Of a stretch of 64,000 bases of DNA, positions 26,910 to 35,338 are shown one piece after another. A program made the translations under genes and the position numbers. The stretch spans positions 1,367-65,366 of the forward strand of contig CALKLF010000030.1 in NCBI GenBank assembly GCA_937992175.1. The letters are read 5' to 3'. Numbering within the stretch: the stretch's first letter is position 1; each line of letters starts with the position of its first letter. The DNA comes from an uncultured Fimbriimonadales bacterium (GTDB taxonomy: Bacteria > Armatimonadota > Fimbriimonadia > Fimbriimonadales > GBS-DC). Below the pieces are notes generated by a model. That model ran no database searches. It saw only the letters and a list, made by a program, of their open reading frames with translations, and had not been told where the DNA came from.

Positions 26910-28139
26910 ATGAGACGAACTTTCTTTGCAGTGGGTGTTTCGCTTCTCATCGCAGGTCAAAGCGGGGCGCAAAACGGCGGCTGGTTTGAGCTGGGACCCT
27001 GGGAACTCGTGGAGCGTCTGGATAATGTGCAGATTGTGAAGGTGTTCCGCGCGAATGATTTGACGCCCGCCCTCTTCCCGCCCAAGCCCGCTTGGCAACC
27101 CGACTTCGGGGGCGACTTCTTCCCCGCCAGTGATGTGCAACTGTACCGACGCTTCGCTACGCAGGGGCAGTACTACGCCTACGAGAGCGATTACATTATG
27201 CTGGACGATGTGGTGATTCGGCGTCAACTTGACCCCAGCGAGCAGGGGCGATTCCGCGTGAGTCGTGTTGAGATCGCCGTCTACTTCCCGTTTTCGGGCA
27301 TTTATCAGATCCAAGGACACTGGTCGAACGCCGAAGGCAACGACCCACCCAATCCCAGCAGCTATCCGCCCAACACTTTCCTGCGAAGCAATCAGGGACC
27401 GCATACCTTAATTGTTCCTCAGGCAGGTACATGGCGTTTAGCGACAAATCCCGACCTCCTGAACGAGGTATTCACTATCCAGTGCAGCGAGCTGTCAGAG
27501 ACTTTCGACCAACAGCGTCGGTTCCTGGGTTATGTGGGGCTGCTGTTAGAGCCGCCTGCAGCATGGGTGTGCGGTCCGCTGCCTGGGACCGACCTGAACT
27601 TAGACTACTTCGTGCAGTATAATGTGAACGGCGACAACGAGTACGAGGCGTACCAATTACAGAATCAGGTTCCTGCGACCTTCGCGCTGATTCTGGTGGG
27701 CGTAGCCGCCCCGCAGGGCACGCAACTGCAAGGCGCGATGACTATTAGCGGCTACACGGGCAGCTACGCGGGCAAGCAGGCGACTATCCGCGTGAAGCAG
27801 GGTACGACCATCAACACCTACACCGCTACGCTGGACGCGAACGGCGGCTACTCCCTGCGCGTGAACGAAACCGGCAACGCCGATGTGTGGGTCAAACTCG
27901 CGCCCGGACTGGCAAAGAAGGTCAGCCTGAACCTGAGCGGTACAGTGAACCAGAACTTCACGCTGACCAACGGCGATGTGAACAACGATAATGTGGTGGA
28001 TGACGCTGACCTGCTGCAGGTGCTGTTCAACTTCGGAGGCAACGACGCTGCCTCCGATGTGAACGGCGATAGCATAGTGGACGATGCAGACCTGCTAACC
28101 GTGCTGTTCAACTTCGGCAGCGTTGGGGACGGACTCTAA
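26910..28139 (+). CDS. secreted protein with C-terminal dockerin-like double repeat
   Basis: AGGAGG at 26897-26902. Signal peptide MRRTFFAVGVSLLIAGQSGAQ. C-terminus DVNNDNVVDDADLLQVLFNFG...DVNGDSIVDDADLLTVLFNFG. Confidence 0.8.
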   Translation: MRRTFFAVGVSLLIAGQSGAQNGGWFELGPWELVERLDNVQIVKVFRANDLTPALFPPKPAWQPDFGGDFFPASDVQLYRRFATQGQYYAYESDYIMLDDVVIRRQLDPSEQGRFRVSRVEIAVYFPFSGIYQIQGHWSNAEGNDPPNPSSYPPNTFLRSNQGPHTLIVPQAGTWRLATNPDLLNEVFTIQCSELSETFDQQRRFLGYVGLLLEPPAAWVCGPLPGTDLNLDYFVQYNVNGDNEYEAYQLQNQVPATFALILVGVAAPQGTQLQGAMTISGYTGSYAGKQATIRVKQGTTINTYTATLDANGGYSLRVNETGNADVWVKLAPGLAKKVSLNLSGTVNQNFTLTNGDVNNDNVVDDADLLQVLFNFGGNDAASDVNGDSIVDDADLLTVLFNFGSVGDGL

Positions 28140-28163
28140 TTGTTCTTTCTCTCCCCTCCTTAG

Positions 28164-28243
28164 CTCCCCCGTGAACGGGGGAGGCGTCGCGGCTGCCCGT
28201 GCGTGCGCTCCCTCCCCGCTTGCGGGGAGGGTCGGGGTGGGGG
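28164..28243. repeat. GC-rich double-hairpin element (subfamily shared with 35069-35144)
   Basis: ctcccccgtgaacgggggag + gcgtcgcgg.tgccc.cgcgtgcg + ccctccccgcttgcggggaggg. About 85% identical by eye to the 35069-35144 copy. Confidence 0.8.
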
Positions 28244-28469
28244 CGGCGGCTTCGGCAGGCGTCAAGGTAAAAAGGGACACTTTAATCTTTGTGGGGCTTA
28301 CCACTGAGGATTCAAGTCGCACCATCGTCGGCGGGACGCCGACGCTACGCAACTGCGCTCGTAGCGTCGGTGTACCGCCAACGATTTGCGCTACTTGAAC
28401 TCGCGATTGGTGTAAGAAACAGGCGCGTCAACGCTACGCAGAGGCGTGTGTTGCAGGGTGGGTTTTCAT

Positions 28470-28512
28470 CTCGGTACGACTGGGGGGGGGACGCCGTCGT
28501 ACCGAGATTTTG
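28470..28512. terminator. terminator-like hairpin with G9 loop between convergent genes
   Basis: An 11-bp stem (ctcggtacgac 28470-28480 / gtcgtaccgag 28496-28506). The loop contains a G9 run at 28482-28490. It is followed by ATTTTG on the plus strand and lies 13 nt from the pilT stop. Confidence 0.4.
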
Positions 28513-28524
28513 CGTTGGAGTCGC

Positions 28525-29613
28525 CTACATCCGTCGCAGCATCTGGCGCAACTCCGAGTGGATTCCCGCGTAGTTCATCGCGTCCTCAGGCGTAATGAGC
28601 TGCTTCTGCACATAGCGATAGAGACACTGGTTCATCGTGCGCATGCCCCAGTGTTCGCCCTCACGAATGGCGTGATAAATCTCCCCGATGTGCCCGTCCT
28701 CAATCATCTTCTCGACGGTAGGCGTGTTAATCATAATCTCCACGGCAGCGATGCGCCCTGTACCGCCCGTGCGCGGCACGAGCTTCTGCGCTACAATCCC
28801 GCGCAGGGTGTTCGCCAGACGCTGGAGGATGTGTTTCTTCTCCTCGGGCGGGAACATGTTCACGATACGATCCATCGTCTCGTAGGCGCTGGGGGTGTGG
28901 ACGGTGGAGAACACCAGGTGTCCCGTCTCCGCCGCCTGCATACAGGCGTGCATCGTTTCGGGGTCGCGCATCTCGCCGATCAGGATGATGTCTGGGCTTT
29001 CGCGTACCACCGAGCGCATCGCGTCGATGAACGACTCGGTATCGATGCCCACTTCGCGCTGGCTGACGATGGACTGTTTGTCGTTGTGCACGAACTCGAT
29101 GGGGTCTTCGATGGTGACGATATGCCCGCGGCGAGTTTCGTTGATCAAATCGATCATCGCGGCGAGGGTGGTGGACTTACCGGAGCCAGTGGGTCCTGTG
29201 ACCAGCACCAGTCCCTGGCGGTACTGGGTCAGCCCTGCCAGCACACGAGCGATTTCTGGTTCTTCGGGCCACAGCTCCTCCAGTTTCCAGTGCTGCAGGG
29301 GGATGAGACGGAACACGCCCGCGACGGTCTGCCGCTGCATATACACATTGGCGCGGATACGGCACACGCCCTCCACAGTGAAGGCGAGGTCGATCGCCAG
29401 TCGGTGTTCGAACTTGGCGACCTGCTCGTGGCTCATATGCGAAAAGCACAGGTCGCGCGACTGGCTGGGCGTGAGTGGTTCCAGCGCTTGCTCAAAAGGC
29501 GTGATTTTACCGTGCAGACGCATCACAGGGCGTGCGCCCGCCTTGATAAAGATATCCGACGCGCGCACTTCAAACGCGGTCTTAATCAGGTCATCTAAGG
29601 TATAGCTCAACAT
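28525..29613 (-). CDS. pilT: type IV pilus retraction ATPase PilT
   Basis: DIFIKAGARPVMRLHG and GLVLVTGPTGSGKSTTLAAMID (Walker A), plus the Asp/His boxes typical of PilT. Confidence 0.92.
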   Translation of the reverse strand: MLSYTLDDLIKTAFEVRASDIFIKAGARPVMRLHGKITPFEQALEPLTPSQSRDLCFSHMSHEQVAKFEHRLAIDLAFTVEGVCRIRANVYMQRQTVAGVFRLIPLQHWKLEELWPEEPEIARVLAGLTQYRQGLVLVTGPTGSGKSTTLAAMIDLINETRRGHIVTIEDPIEFVHNDKQSIVSQREVGIDTESFIDAMRSVVRESPDIILIGEMRDPETMHACMQAAETGHLVFSTVHTPSAYETMDRIVNMFPPEEKKHILQRLANTLRGIVAQKLVPRTGGTGRIAAVEIMINTPTVEKMIEDGHIGEIYHAIREGEHWGMRTMNQCLYRYVQKQLITPEDAMNYAGIHSELRQMLRRM

Positions 29614-29628
29614 GCGAACTGCCTCCTG

Positions 29629-30354
29629 CTATAGGTCTGTTTCAGGTTGGACGGCTGGTGTTTCGGTTTGTCGCTTGAGAAGTTTCGTGGTCACCCAGAA
29701 AATCCCTGCTCCTGTGAGGATTGCCGCGAGCAAAATCAGGGAAATTAACCAGCCTGTTGGGGGGTGCGTGGGTGCGGGCGGCGTTTCTGTTTGGAGTTGC
29801 GGTTTGGGGCGTTTGAGTGGTATCTCTAGCGCCGCGGGGTCCGGGGTGTGGATATAAATCACACTGCGCCACATCACGGGCTGCGCTTCAGTCCACATCT
29901 GCAGATGTGGGTTCGCGTACTGGAAAAAGCCTGCGTACTCGACCTGACGCGGCAACAGCACATAGACATGCACCACAGGCAGGTCTGCGAAGGTACGAGC
30001 AATCGGCGTGAGGTTCAGCGTGCCCTCTTTCAGATCCACCAGCCCGCCTGATGCGAAGCTGGCGACTGTGAACAGTTCGTTCGGTTTCGCGTCCCGCTTG
30101 AGGCTGTCATCGGCGATTTCGACATACGCGACCGTGCGCTCACTCCACTGTGAGAACCGCTCGATACGCTCGCGTACAGCTTGGTGAGGAACCCGCTTAC
30201 CGAAAGTCCACGAGACAGGATGAAGCCCATCGGGTTGTACCTGAATCACGACCACCACATTGGGACGGCGCGTCAAGTCGGGGGCGGAGTCGGTCTGGGC
30301 GAAACCGATTCCCCACAGGAGCCAGAAAAGCCAGTTTATCAAGCGGCGCGCCAC
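29629..30354 (-). CDS. hypothetical protein with N-terminal signal and C-terminal TM anchor (co-transcribed with pilT)
   Basis: GTG start at 30354. TATAAT on the minus strand at 30369..30364, 9 nt upstream. 15-nt gap to pilT. Confidence 0.6.
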   Translation of the reverse strand: MARRLINWLFWLLWGIGFAQTDSAPDLTRRPNVVVVIQVQPDGLHPVSWTFGKRVPHQAVRERIERFSQWSERTVAYVEIADDSLKRDAKPNELFTVASFASGGLVDLKEGTLNLTPIARTFADLPVVHVYVLLPRQVEYAGFFQYANPHLQMWTEAQPVMWRSVIYIHTPDPAALEIPLKRPKPQLQTETPPAPTHPPTGWLISLILLAAILTGAGIFWVTTKLLKRQTETPAVQPETDL

Positions 30355-30409
30355 GGTAGGGGGATTATACCCTGTGGAGCATTAGGTTGCCTCAGCGCGA
30401 GACATAATG

Positions 30410-30453
30410 CCCCCTCCCCCACGCGGTGAGAGAGGGGGCAAGGGGGTGAGGGC
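30410..30453. repeat. GC-rich hairpin element directly 3' of a stop codon
   Basis: ccccctcccccacgcggtgagagagggggcaagggggtgagggc. It ends 6 nt from the stop of the 30460..31350 gene. Confidence 0.7.
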
Positions 30454-30459
30454 TAAACC

Positions 30460-31350
30460 TCAGCAGCCCGTACCGAAGTTGAACAGCACAATCAAGAGGT
30501 CCGCGTCATCCACAATACCGTCGTTGTTCGCATCGCCTTCGCCGCCCTGATTGCCGAAGTTGAACAGCACAATCAGCAGGTCGGCGTCGTCCACGCAGCC
30601 GTCGCCGTTCACATCGCCCTCAATACCGCCACCAATCTCCGTGCCCAGCACCTCAATCAGGTCGTAGCGGAGGGTGCCTTGCGGACTGTATTCACGATCG
30701 GGTTGGCGTGCAGGGCTGTAAGCATTGCCCAGATTGGGGTCAAAAATGGTCACTACTCGGAAGGCGAACTGCCCGTTGTTGTTCACATTCTGATCGTTGC
30801 TCAGGTCGATCTGCACTAGCTCGCCGTAGCCGTTAGGGTCGGGTTCGCTGTGCCAGCGGTCGCCGCGCTTTGCTTCCAGTGTGCGCACGCGCGTCCAGTT
30901 CTGCCCGCCGTCGGTGGTGTATTCCACGGCGAGAAACTTGGATGCGGTGTTGCTCCAGCGTACATCGAACTTGACCACGATGTCCTTGTAGCCTGTGGTG
31001 GGCACGCTGACCACAATACCTGCCTGACCAGAGTTTTCTCCCTGCGCAGGGTATTGGTTGGTCTGCAGCGCCCAGTTCGGCGTGGTGGGGTGATTCGCGT
31101 TGTTCGGGTCGGCAGGCGAGCCGCGGAAGCCTGAGTTGTTATTGTTATAGACAATTTGAGCCAGCGCAATCGAAATCTGCGCCTGCGACGCGAACACGCC
31201 GCCGTCGGCGGCAAGCATCGCGGTTTCGTCTAACGGGTTCGATTCGTTGAAGTTCCAGAAGACCAGTTGAGTCTGCGATGCGGAGATTGCAATCGCGGCG
31301 GTTGCCAAGCCCAGCGCGCCTAAAGCGCGGAAAGTGCGTCGTCCTTTCAT
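30460..31350 (-). CDS. secreted protein with C-terminal dockerin-like double repeat
   Basis: Signal peptide MKGRRTFRALGALGLATAAIA. C-terminus DVNGDGCVDDADLLIVLFNFG...DANNDGIVDDADLLIVLFNFGTGC. AGGAGG upstream. Confidence 0.8.
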   Translation of the reverse strand: MKGRRTFRALGALGLATAAIAISASQTQLVFWNFNESNPLDETAMLAADGGVFASQAQISIALAQIVYNNNNSGFRGSPADPNNANHPTTPNWALQTNQYPAQGENSGQAGIVVSVPTTGYKDIVVKFDVRWSNTASKFLAVEYTTDGGQNWTRVRTLEAKRGDRWHSEPDPNGYGELVQIDLSNDQNVNNNGQFAFRVVTIFDPNLGNAYSPARQPDREYSPQGTLRYDLIEVLGTEIGGGIEGDVNGDGCVDDADLLIVLFNFGNQGGEGDANNDGIVDDADLLIVLFNFGTGC

Positions 31351-31462
31351 TTTTTGCCTCCTGTAGGCGTAAACCAGCCAATTATGTCCTTTCGCGTGTT
31401 AAGGTTTTGTTAAGTTCGTTCCCTATTGCGAGAGGAAGCTCTAAAATAGCGGTGGTGATTCT

Positions 31463-31687
31463 ATGCGCTTGAGGAAAGCTGCTGTTGGGGTAATACTCCA
31501 GGGCAAGTATGCGGACGCAGCGCGCCTGGCGGAACAGTTCAGAGCGGAACATCCAGAGAAAGCGTCGGCGCTGCGTGGCGCGGCGCTGGCGATGCAACGC
31601 CAGTACGCTCAGGCAATCCCCGAACTCGAACGGGCGGCAAGCGCGACGGCGAACACCCGCGCCCTCTGTCGTCCTACGAATCGCTAA
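31463..31687 (+). CDS. hypothetical helical protein (possibly the 5' part of a frameshifted gene)
   Basis: A 74-aa ORF. The next ORF starts 6 nt later in another frame with similar helical-repeat character. Confidence 0.35.
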   Translation: MRLRKAAVGVILQGKYADAARLAEQFRAEHPEKASALRGAALAMQRQYAQAIPELERAASATANTRALCRPTNR

Positions 31688-31692
31688 TCGCC

Positions 31693-32148
31693 ATGCGCAT
31701 CGCGTCTCTGGCGCTGTCGGGGCAGCGGCAGCAGGCGGCGCAGCTCGCGAAAAGTTTCAATCGCGAGACGGCGACGCGCTATGCGGAGCAGTATCCGCGC
31801 CCAGCAATCCTGTACGGAATCCTGATTGGCGCGGCGATGCCCGAAACTGCGTTCACGCCCGCGGAGGCGCAGAAACTCCTTCAGTACGAATACCCGGCGT
31901 ATGAGGTGCGGTACTACGAGCAGCACCTGCGCGCCTATCTGCAGACGCGCCAGCGTCAATACCGCCCCGCGCTGGCGAGCCTCCGCCGAACCTATACCGA
32001 CCCGAAGATTACCGTCGGCGTGCGCGGCGCGCCGCAGCCTGAGACTCTGCTCGTGGAGGCGTATCTCCATCAGCAGCTGGGCGAGACGGCGAAAATGCGC
32101 GCACGCCTGCGCGATGCGGAGCAGCAATTGCAGAACGCCATGCGCTGA
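31693..32148 (+). CDS. hypothetical helical-repeat protein
   Basis: A 151-aa ORF with coding-like composition. No motif recognised. Confidence 0.45.
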   Translation: MRIASLALSGQRQQAAQLAKSFNRETATRYAEQYPRPAILYGILIGAAMPETAFTPAEAQKLLQYEYPAYEVRYYEQHLRAYLQTRQRQYRPALASLRRTYTDPKITVGVRGAPQPETLLVEAYLHQQLGETAKMRARLRDAEQQLQNAMR

Positions 32149-32284
32149 ACGGACGACGAGCAGAAAGTGATTCACTACTGCGCGCTCGCGCTGCTGGGAC
32201 GCATGCTGTTCCCGCAAGAGTGGAAACTCTGACCCCAGCGGGCGTCGGCGAGGCGTTTAGCCTGCTTGCAGGTATAATTGGGCT

Positions 32285-33559
32285 ATGAAGTCTGACACGC
32301 CGACGCCTGCTGCAGCAACGGAGCGCGACCCGCAGATTTTCGCTGCCGTCGAGGAAGCCATCGAGATTGTCCGTGCGGGGGGCATGCTCATCGTGGTCGA
32401 CGACGAAGACCGCGAGAACGAGGGCGACTTTCTCATGGCGGCGGAGAAGGTCACGCCCGAAGCGGTGAACTTTATGGTGGTGCATGGGCGCGGCTTGCTC
32501 TGCCTGCCGACCGACGGCGCGCGCCTCGACGAGCTGGGCATCCCGATGATGACCAAGGCGAACACGGCGCAGTTCGGCACGCCGATGGCGGAAGCCATCG
32601 ACGCCCGCGAAGGAATCAGCACGGGCATCTCGGCGTTCGACCGCGCCCTCACGATCCAGAAGTTCTGCGACCCGAACGCCAAGCCCGACGATTTCGTGCG
32701 TCCAGGGCATGTGTTCCCGTTGCGGGCTGCGCCGGGCGGCGTGCTGCGCCGCGCGGGGCATACGGAAGCCGCCGTCGATCTCGCGCGCCTTGCGGGGCTA
32801 TTCCCTGCGGGCGTGATTTGCGAGATTCTGAACGAGGACGGCTCGATGGCGCGCCTGCCGCAGCTTATCGAAATCGCCCGCAAGCACAACCTGAAGATTC
32901 TCACGATTGCCGACCTGATTGCCTACCGCCGTCAGCACGAGAAGCTCATCCGTCGCGCCGCGCCGCCCGTATTCCTGCCCACCCGCTACGGCGAGTTCAC
33001 TGTCTACACCTACGAGTCGGAAGTCGACCCGAACCCCTATCTTGCGCTGGTGATGGGCAAGGTGGACGACGGCGAACCCGTGCTGGTGCGCATGCACTCC
33101 AGCTGCATCACGGGCGACCTGCTCGGTTCGTTGCGCTGCGACTGCGGGTCGCAACTGGAGCTTGCCCTGCGTAAGATTAGCGAGGAAGGGCGCGGCGTGC
33201 TGGTCTACATCCTACAAGAGGGGCGCGGTATCGGCATCGTGAACAAGCTGCGCGCCTACCACCTGCAGGAACACGGGCTGGACACCGTCGAGGCGAATCA
33301 GGCGTTGGGCTTCAAACCCGACCTGCGCGATTATGGGCTGGGCGCACAGGTGCTGGTGGACCTGGGCGTGCGAAAAATCCGCCTGATGACCAATAACCCC
33401 AAGAAGATCGCAGGGCTGGAAGGCTACGGGCTGGAGATTGTGGAGCATGTACCGCTGATCTCTCCCCCGACGCCCTACAACATCCGCTACCTGCGCACGA
33501 AGGCAGAGAAACTCGGACACTTGCTGCCTCTGAGCGCGCTGCAGGATGAGGAGAGGTAG
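32285..33559 (+). CDS. ribBA: bifunctional DHBP synthase / GTP cyclohydrolase II
   Basis: VVDDEDRENEGDFLMAAE (RibB) and HSSCITGDLLGSLRCDCG (RibA). TATAAT at 32273-32278 lies 6 nt upstream of the ATG. Confidence 0.93.
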   Translation: MKSDTPTPAAATERDPQIFAAVEEAIEIVRAGGMLIVVDDEDRENEGDFLMAAEKVTPEAVNFMVVHGRGLLCLPTDGARLDELGIPMMTKANTAQFGTPMAEAIDAREGISTGISAFDRALTIQKFCDPNAKPDDFVRPGHVFPLRAAPGGVLRRAGHTEAAVDLARLAGLFPAGVICEILNEDGSMARLPQLIEIARKHNLKILTIADLIAYRRQHEKLIRRAAPPVFLPTRYGEFTVYTYESEVDPNPYLALVMGKVDDGEPVLVRMHSSCITGDLLGSLRCDCGSQLELALRKISEEGRGVLVYILQEGRGIGIVNKLRAYHLQEHGLDTVEANQALGFKPDLRDYGLGAQVLVDLGVRKIRLMTNNPKKIAGLEGYGLEIVEHVPLISPPTPYNIRYLRTKAEKLGHLLPLSALQDEER

Positions 33560-33566
33560 TCGCGCT

Positions 33567-33773
33567 TGTTAAGCCTTTCCTGCAAAGAGTGATCCCGAAA
33601 GAGATTCTCGCTTTGCTTGGAATGACATTGTTAAGCCCTTCCCGCAAAGAGTGACCCCGAAAGAGATTCCTCGCTTCGCTCGGAATGACAAAAGTTCTCA
33701 TTCCGAGCGAAGCGAGGAATCTCAATCACTTCCTGCTGCGTTTCCGAAGCATTTTTCGTTGGAAGGACTTACC
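33567..33773. repeat. tandem/composite 'SLGMT' repeat block
   Basis: Two direct copies of gttaagcc.ttcc.gcaaagagtga.cccgaaagagatt.ctcgctt.gct.ggaatgaca. The second is completed by the inverted arm ...tcattccgagcgaagcgaggaatctc and an inverted 'ggtaagtccttcc' module. Confidence 0.85.
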
Positions 33774-34864
33774 AGCAGCTCCGCCGCCTGCATCACCTCC
33801 TCAACTGTAATCCACTGCAAACACTCTTTGCGAACGCATTTATCGGGCGGGCATGCTGTGCAAAGCGGGCGTTTATAGAGGGCGCGCTCGCGCTGCCCGT
33901 AGGGTCCTGTGCGGTCGGGGCTGGTGGGACCGTAGAGCGAGACGACGGGCACACGGAACGCCGCTGCGATATGCGCCGTGCCTGTGTCGCCGCAGATATG
34001 GACGGCGGAGCGCTCCGCCGCCGCCATCGCCTCTTTCAGGTTCGTGCGCCCGATCAGACTGCGCAGGGGGCGTTTTTTCAGTGCGCGCAGCCGTTCCTCC
34101 AGCGGTTTATCGCCTGGTCCCCCCAGAAACACGACGGGAACGCCCCATTCCGCCTCGATGCGATCCGAAAGCTCGGCGAACTTCGCGATGTCCCAGCGTT
34201 TCCACTCCCTGCCTGCGGAGGGGTTGATGGTAATCAACGGTCTGCCATCCGCGCCGAGTTGCGTCAGTTTATAGGCGACCTGCTGACGCGCTGTATCGGG
34301 CGTGAACAGAGGAAACTCCACAGGCGGTTCGGGCAGGTTCGCGTCGTTGGGCGAAGCGTATAAATCAGGAAACTCGCCCGATGCGCCCAGCCAGCGCGCC
34401 GCGTCCAGATACTGCTGCACCACATGCCGATCGGGGCGTTCGGGGATAGGGATACGGCGCAATAGCAGCGGGGTCAGCTCGCGCATGCGGTGCGCCCCGT
34501 AGCGAATCGGCACGGCTCCGAACACGCCCCAGATTGCGCTTTTGAGCAAGCCCTGCAAATCCAGCGCAACTTGATACCGCTCGGCGCGTAGCTCACGGGT
34601 AATCTGCGCGATAATCCGCCGCGCCTCGCGCCCAAACGGTTTCTCGCGCAGCGCCTTATGCGGGATGATGTGCAGTCGGTCGATGCGCGGTGAACCTTCA
34701 ATCACGCCCGCATGGCGGTCTTCCGCAATCCAGCCGATATAAAGATGGGGAAACGCCCGCTTCAGCGCGGCGGCGACAGGCGAGGCGTGTACGATATCGC
34801 CCATCGAAGACACCTTGAGTATCAGCAGGCGTTCGATACGGTTCAGGTCGACGGGATGTTGCAC
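33722..34864 (-). CDS. family 9 glycosyltransferase (heptosyltransferase-like); start uncertain (GTG 34864 or TTG 34894)
   Basis: LILKVSSMGDIVHASP and GDTGTAHIAAAFRVPVVSLYGPT motifs. Both ends of the ORF run into repeat elements. Confidence 0.78.
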   Translation of the reverse strand: MQHPVDLNRIERLLILKVSSMGDIVHASPVAAALKRAFPHLYIGWIAEDRHAGVIEGSPRIDRLHIIPHKALREKPFGREARRIIAQITRELRAERYQVALDLQGLLKSAIWGVFGAVPIRYGAHRMRELTPLLLRRIPIPERPDRHVVQQYLDAARWLGASGEFPDLYASPNDANLPEPPVEFPLFTPDTARQQVAYKLTQLGADGRPLITINPSAGREWKRWDIAKFAELSDRIEAEWGVPVVFLGGPGDKPLEERLRALKKRPLRSLIGRTNLKEAMAAAERSAVHICGDTGTAHIAAAFRVPVVSLYGPTSPDRTGPYGQRERALYKRPLCTACPPDKCVRKECLQWITVEEVMQAAELLVSPSNEKCFGNAAGSD

Positions 34865-34907
34865 GGGTGGATCTGGTTCGACGACTTTAGACAATTTCCT
34901 GCGCAGC

Positions 34908-35020
34908 GGGTAAGCCCTTCCCGCAAAGAATGATACTGGAAGAGGTCCCTCGCCTTTGGCTCGGAATGGCAAGTGTTGTCATTCCGAGCGGAGCGAGGAA
35001 CCTCGGGTGGTAAGTCTCCC
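34908..35020. repeat. 'SLGMT' inverted-repeat element
   Basis: gggtaagcccttcccgcaaagaatga...ctcgcctttggctcggaatggcaa..ttgtcattccgagcggagcgaggaacctc. Confidence 0.85.
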
Positions 35021-35068
35021 CACCATTAAATCGTCTTTTTTACCTGATGCTATCTCCCCCCCTCCCGA

Positions 35069-35144
35069 CCTCCCCCGTGGATGTGGGAGGCGTCGCGGAT
35101 GCCCACGCGTGCGCTCCCTCCCCGCTTACGGGGAGGGTTGGGGT
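35069..35144. repeat. GC-rich double-hairpin element (paralog of 28164-28243)
   Basis: cctcccccgtggatgtgggagg + cgtcgcggatgcccacgcgtgcg + ctccctccccgcttacggggaggg. Confidence 0.8.
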
Positions 35145-35206
35145 GCTGACAAAGGTACATCGCGTTGCCTCAACTGGGAAGACGCCCCTGCGATTTTCCA
35201 CGCTTT

Positions 35207-35300
35207 CTCACCCTCCTGTCCCCCCTCTCCGTCAACGGAGAGAGGGAGCCATGCGTGTACGGGGTGAGCATACCCTCCCTCTCCGTCAACGGAGAGGGGG
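35207..35300. repeat. GC-rich double-hairpin element (paralog of 4435-4531)
   Basis: ctcaccctcctgtcc + ccctctcc-gtcaac-ggagagagg + gagcc... + ccctctcc-gtcaac-ggagaggg. Same leader and spacer as the 4435 element, but a different self-complementary apex. Confidence 0.8.
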
Positions 35301-35338
35301 TACAATGGTGTTTCAGTTATATTATTTGCAGAAAACAC

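Noticed and set aside
32146-32232. In-frame open extension after TGA 32146-32148 (…NAMR*TDDEQKVIHYCALALLGRMLFPQEWKL*). Together with the TGA inside DUF433, it hints at TGA recoding.
   Set aside because: Many well-defined genes here terminate cleanly at TGA, for example folK, the SpoIID-like gene and mnmA. A 27-codon stop-free run is unremarkable at this GC content. Genetic-code reassignment is therefore not supported.
32149-32284. Expected FMN (RFN) riboswitch upstream of ribBA.
   Set aside because: No RFN-like conserved core is recognisable. A -10 box sits 6 nt from the ATG, so the mRNA appears leaderless with no room for a riboswitch.
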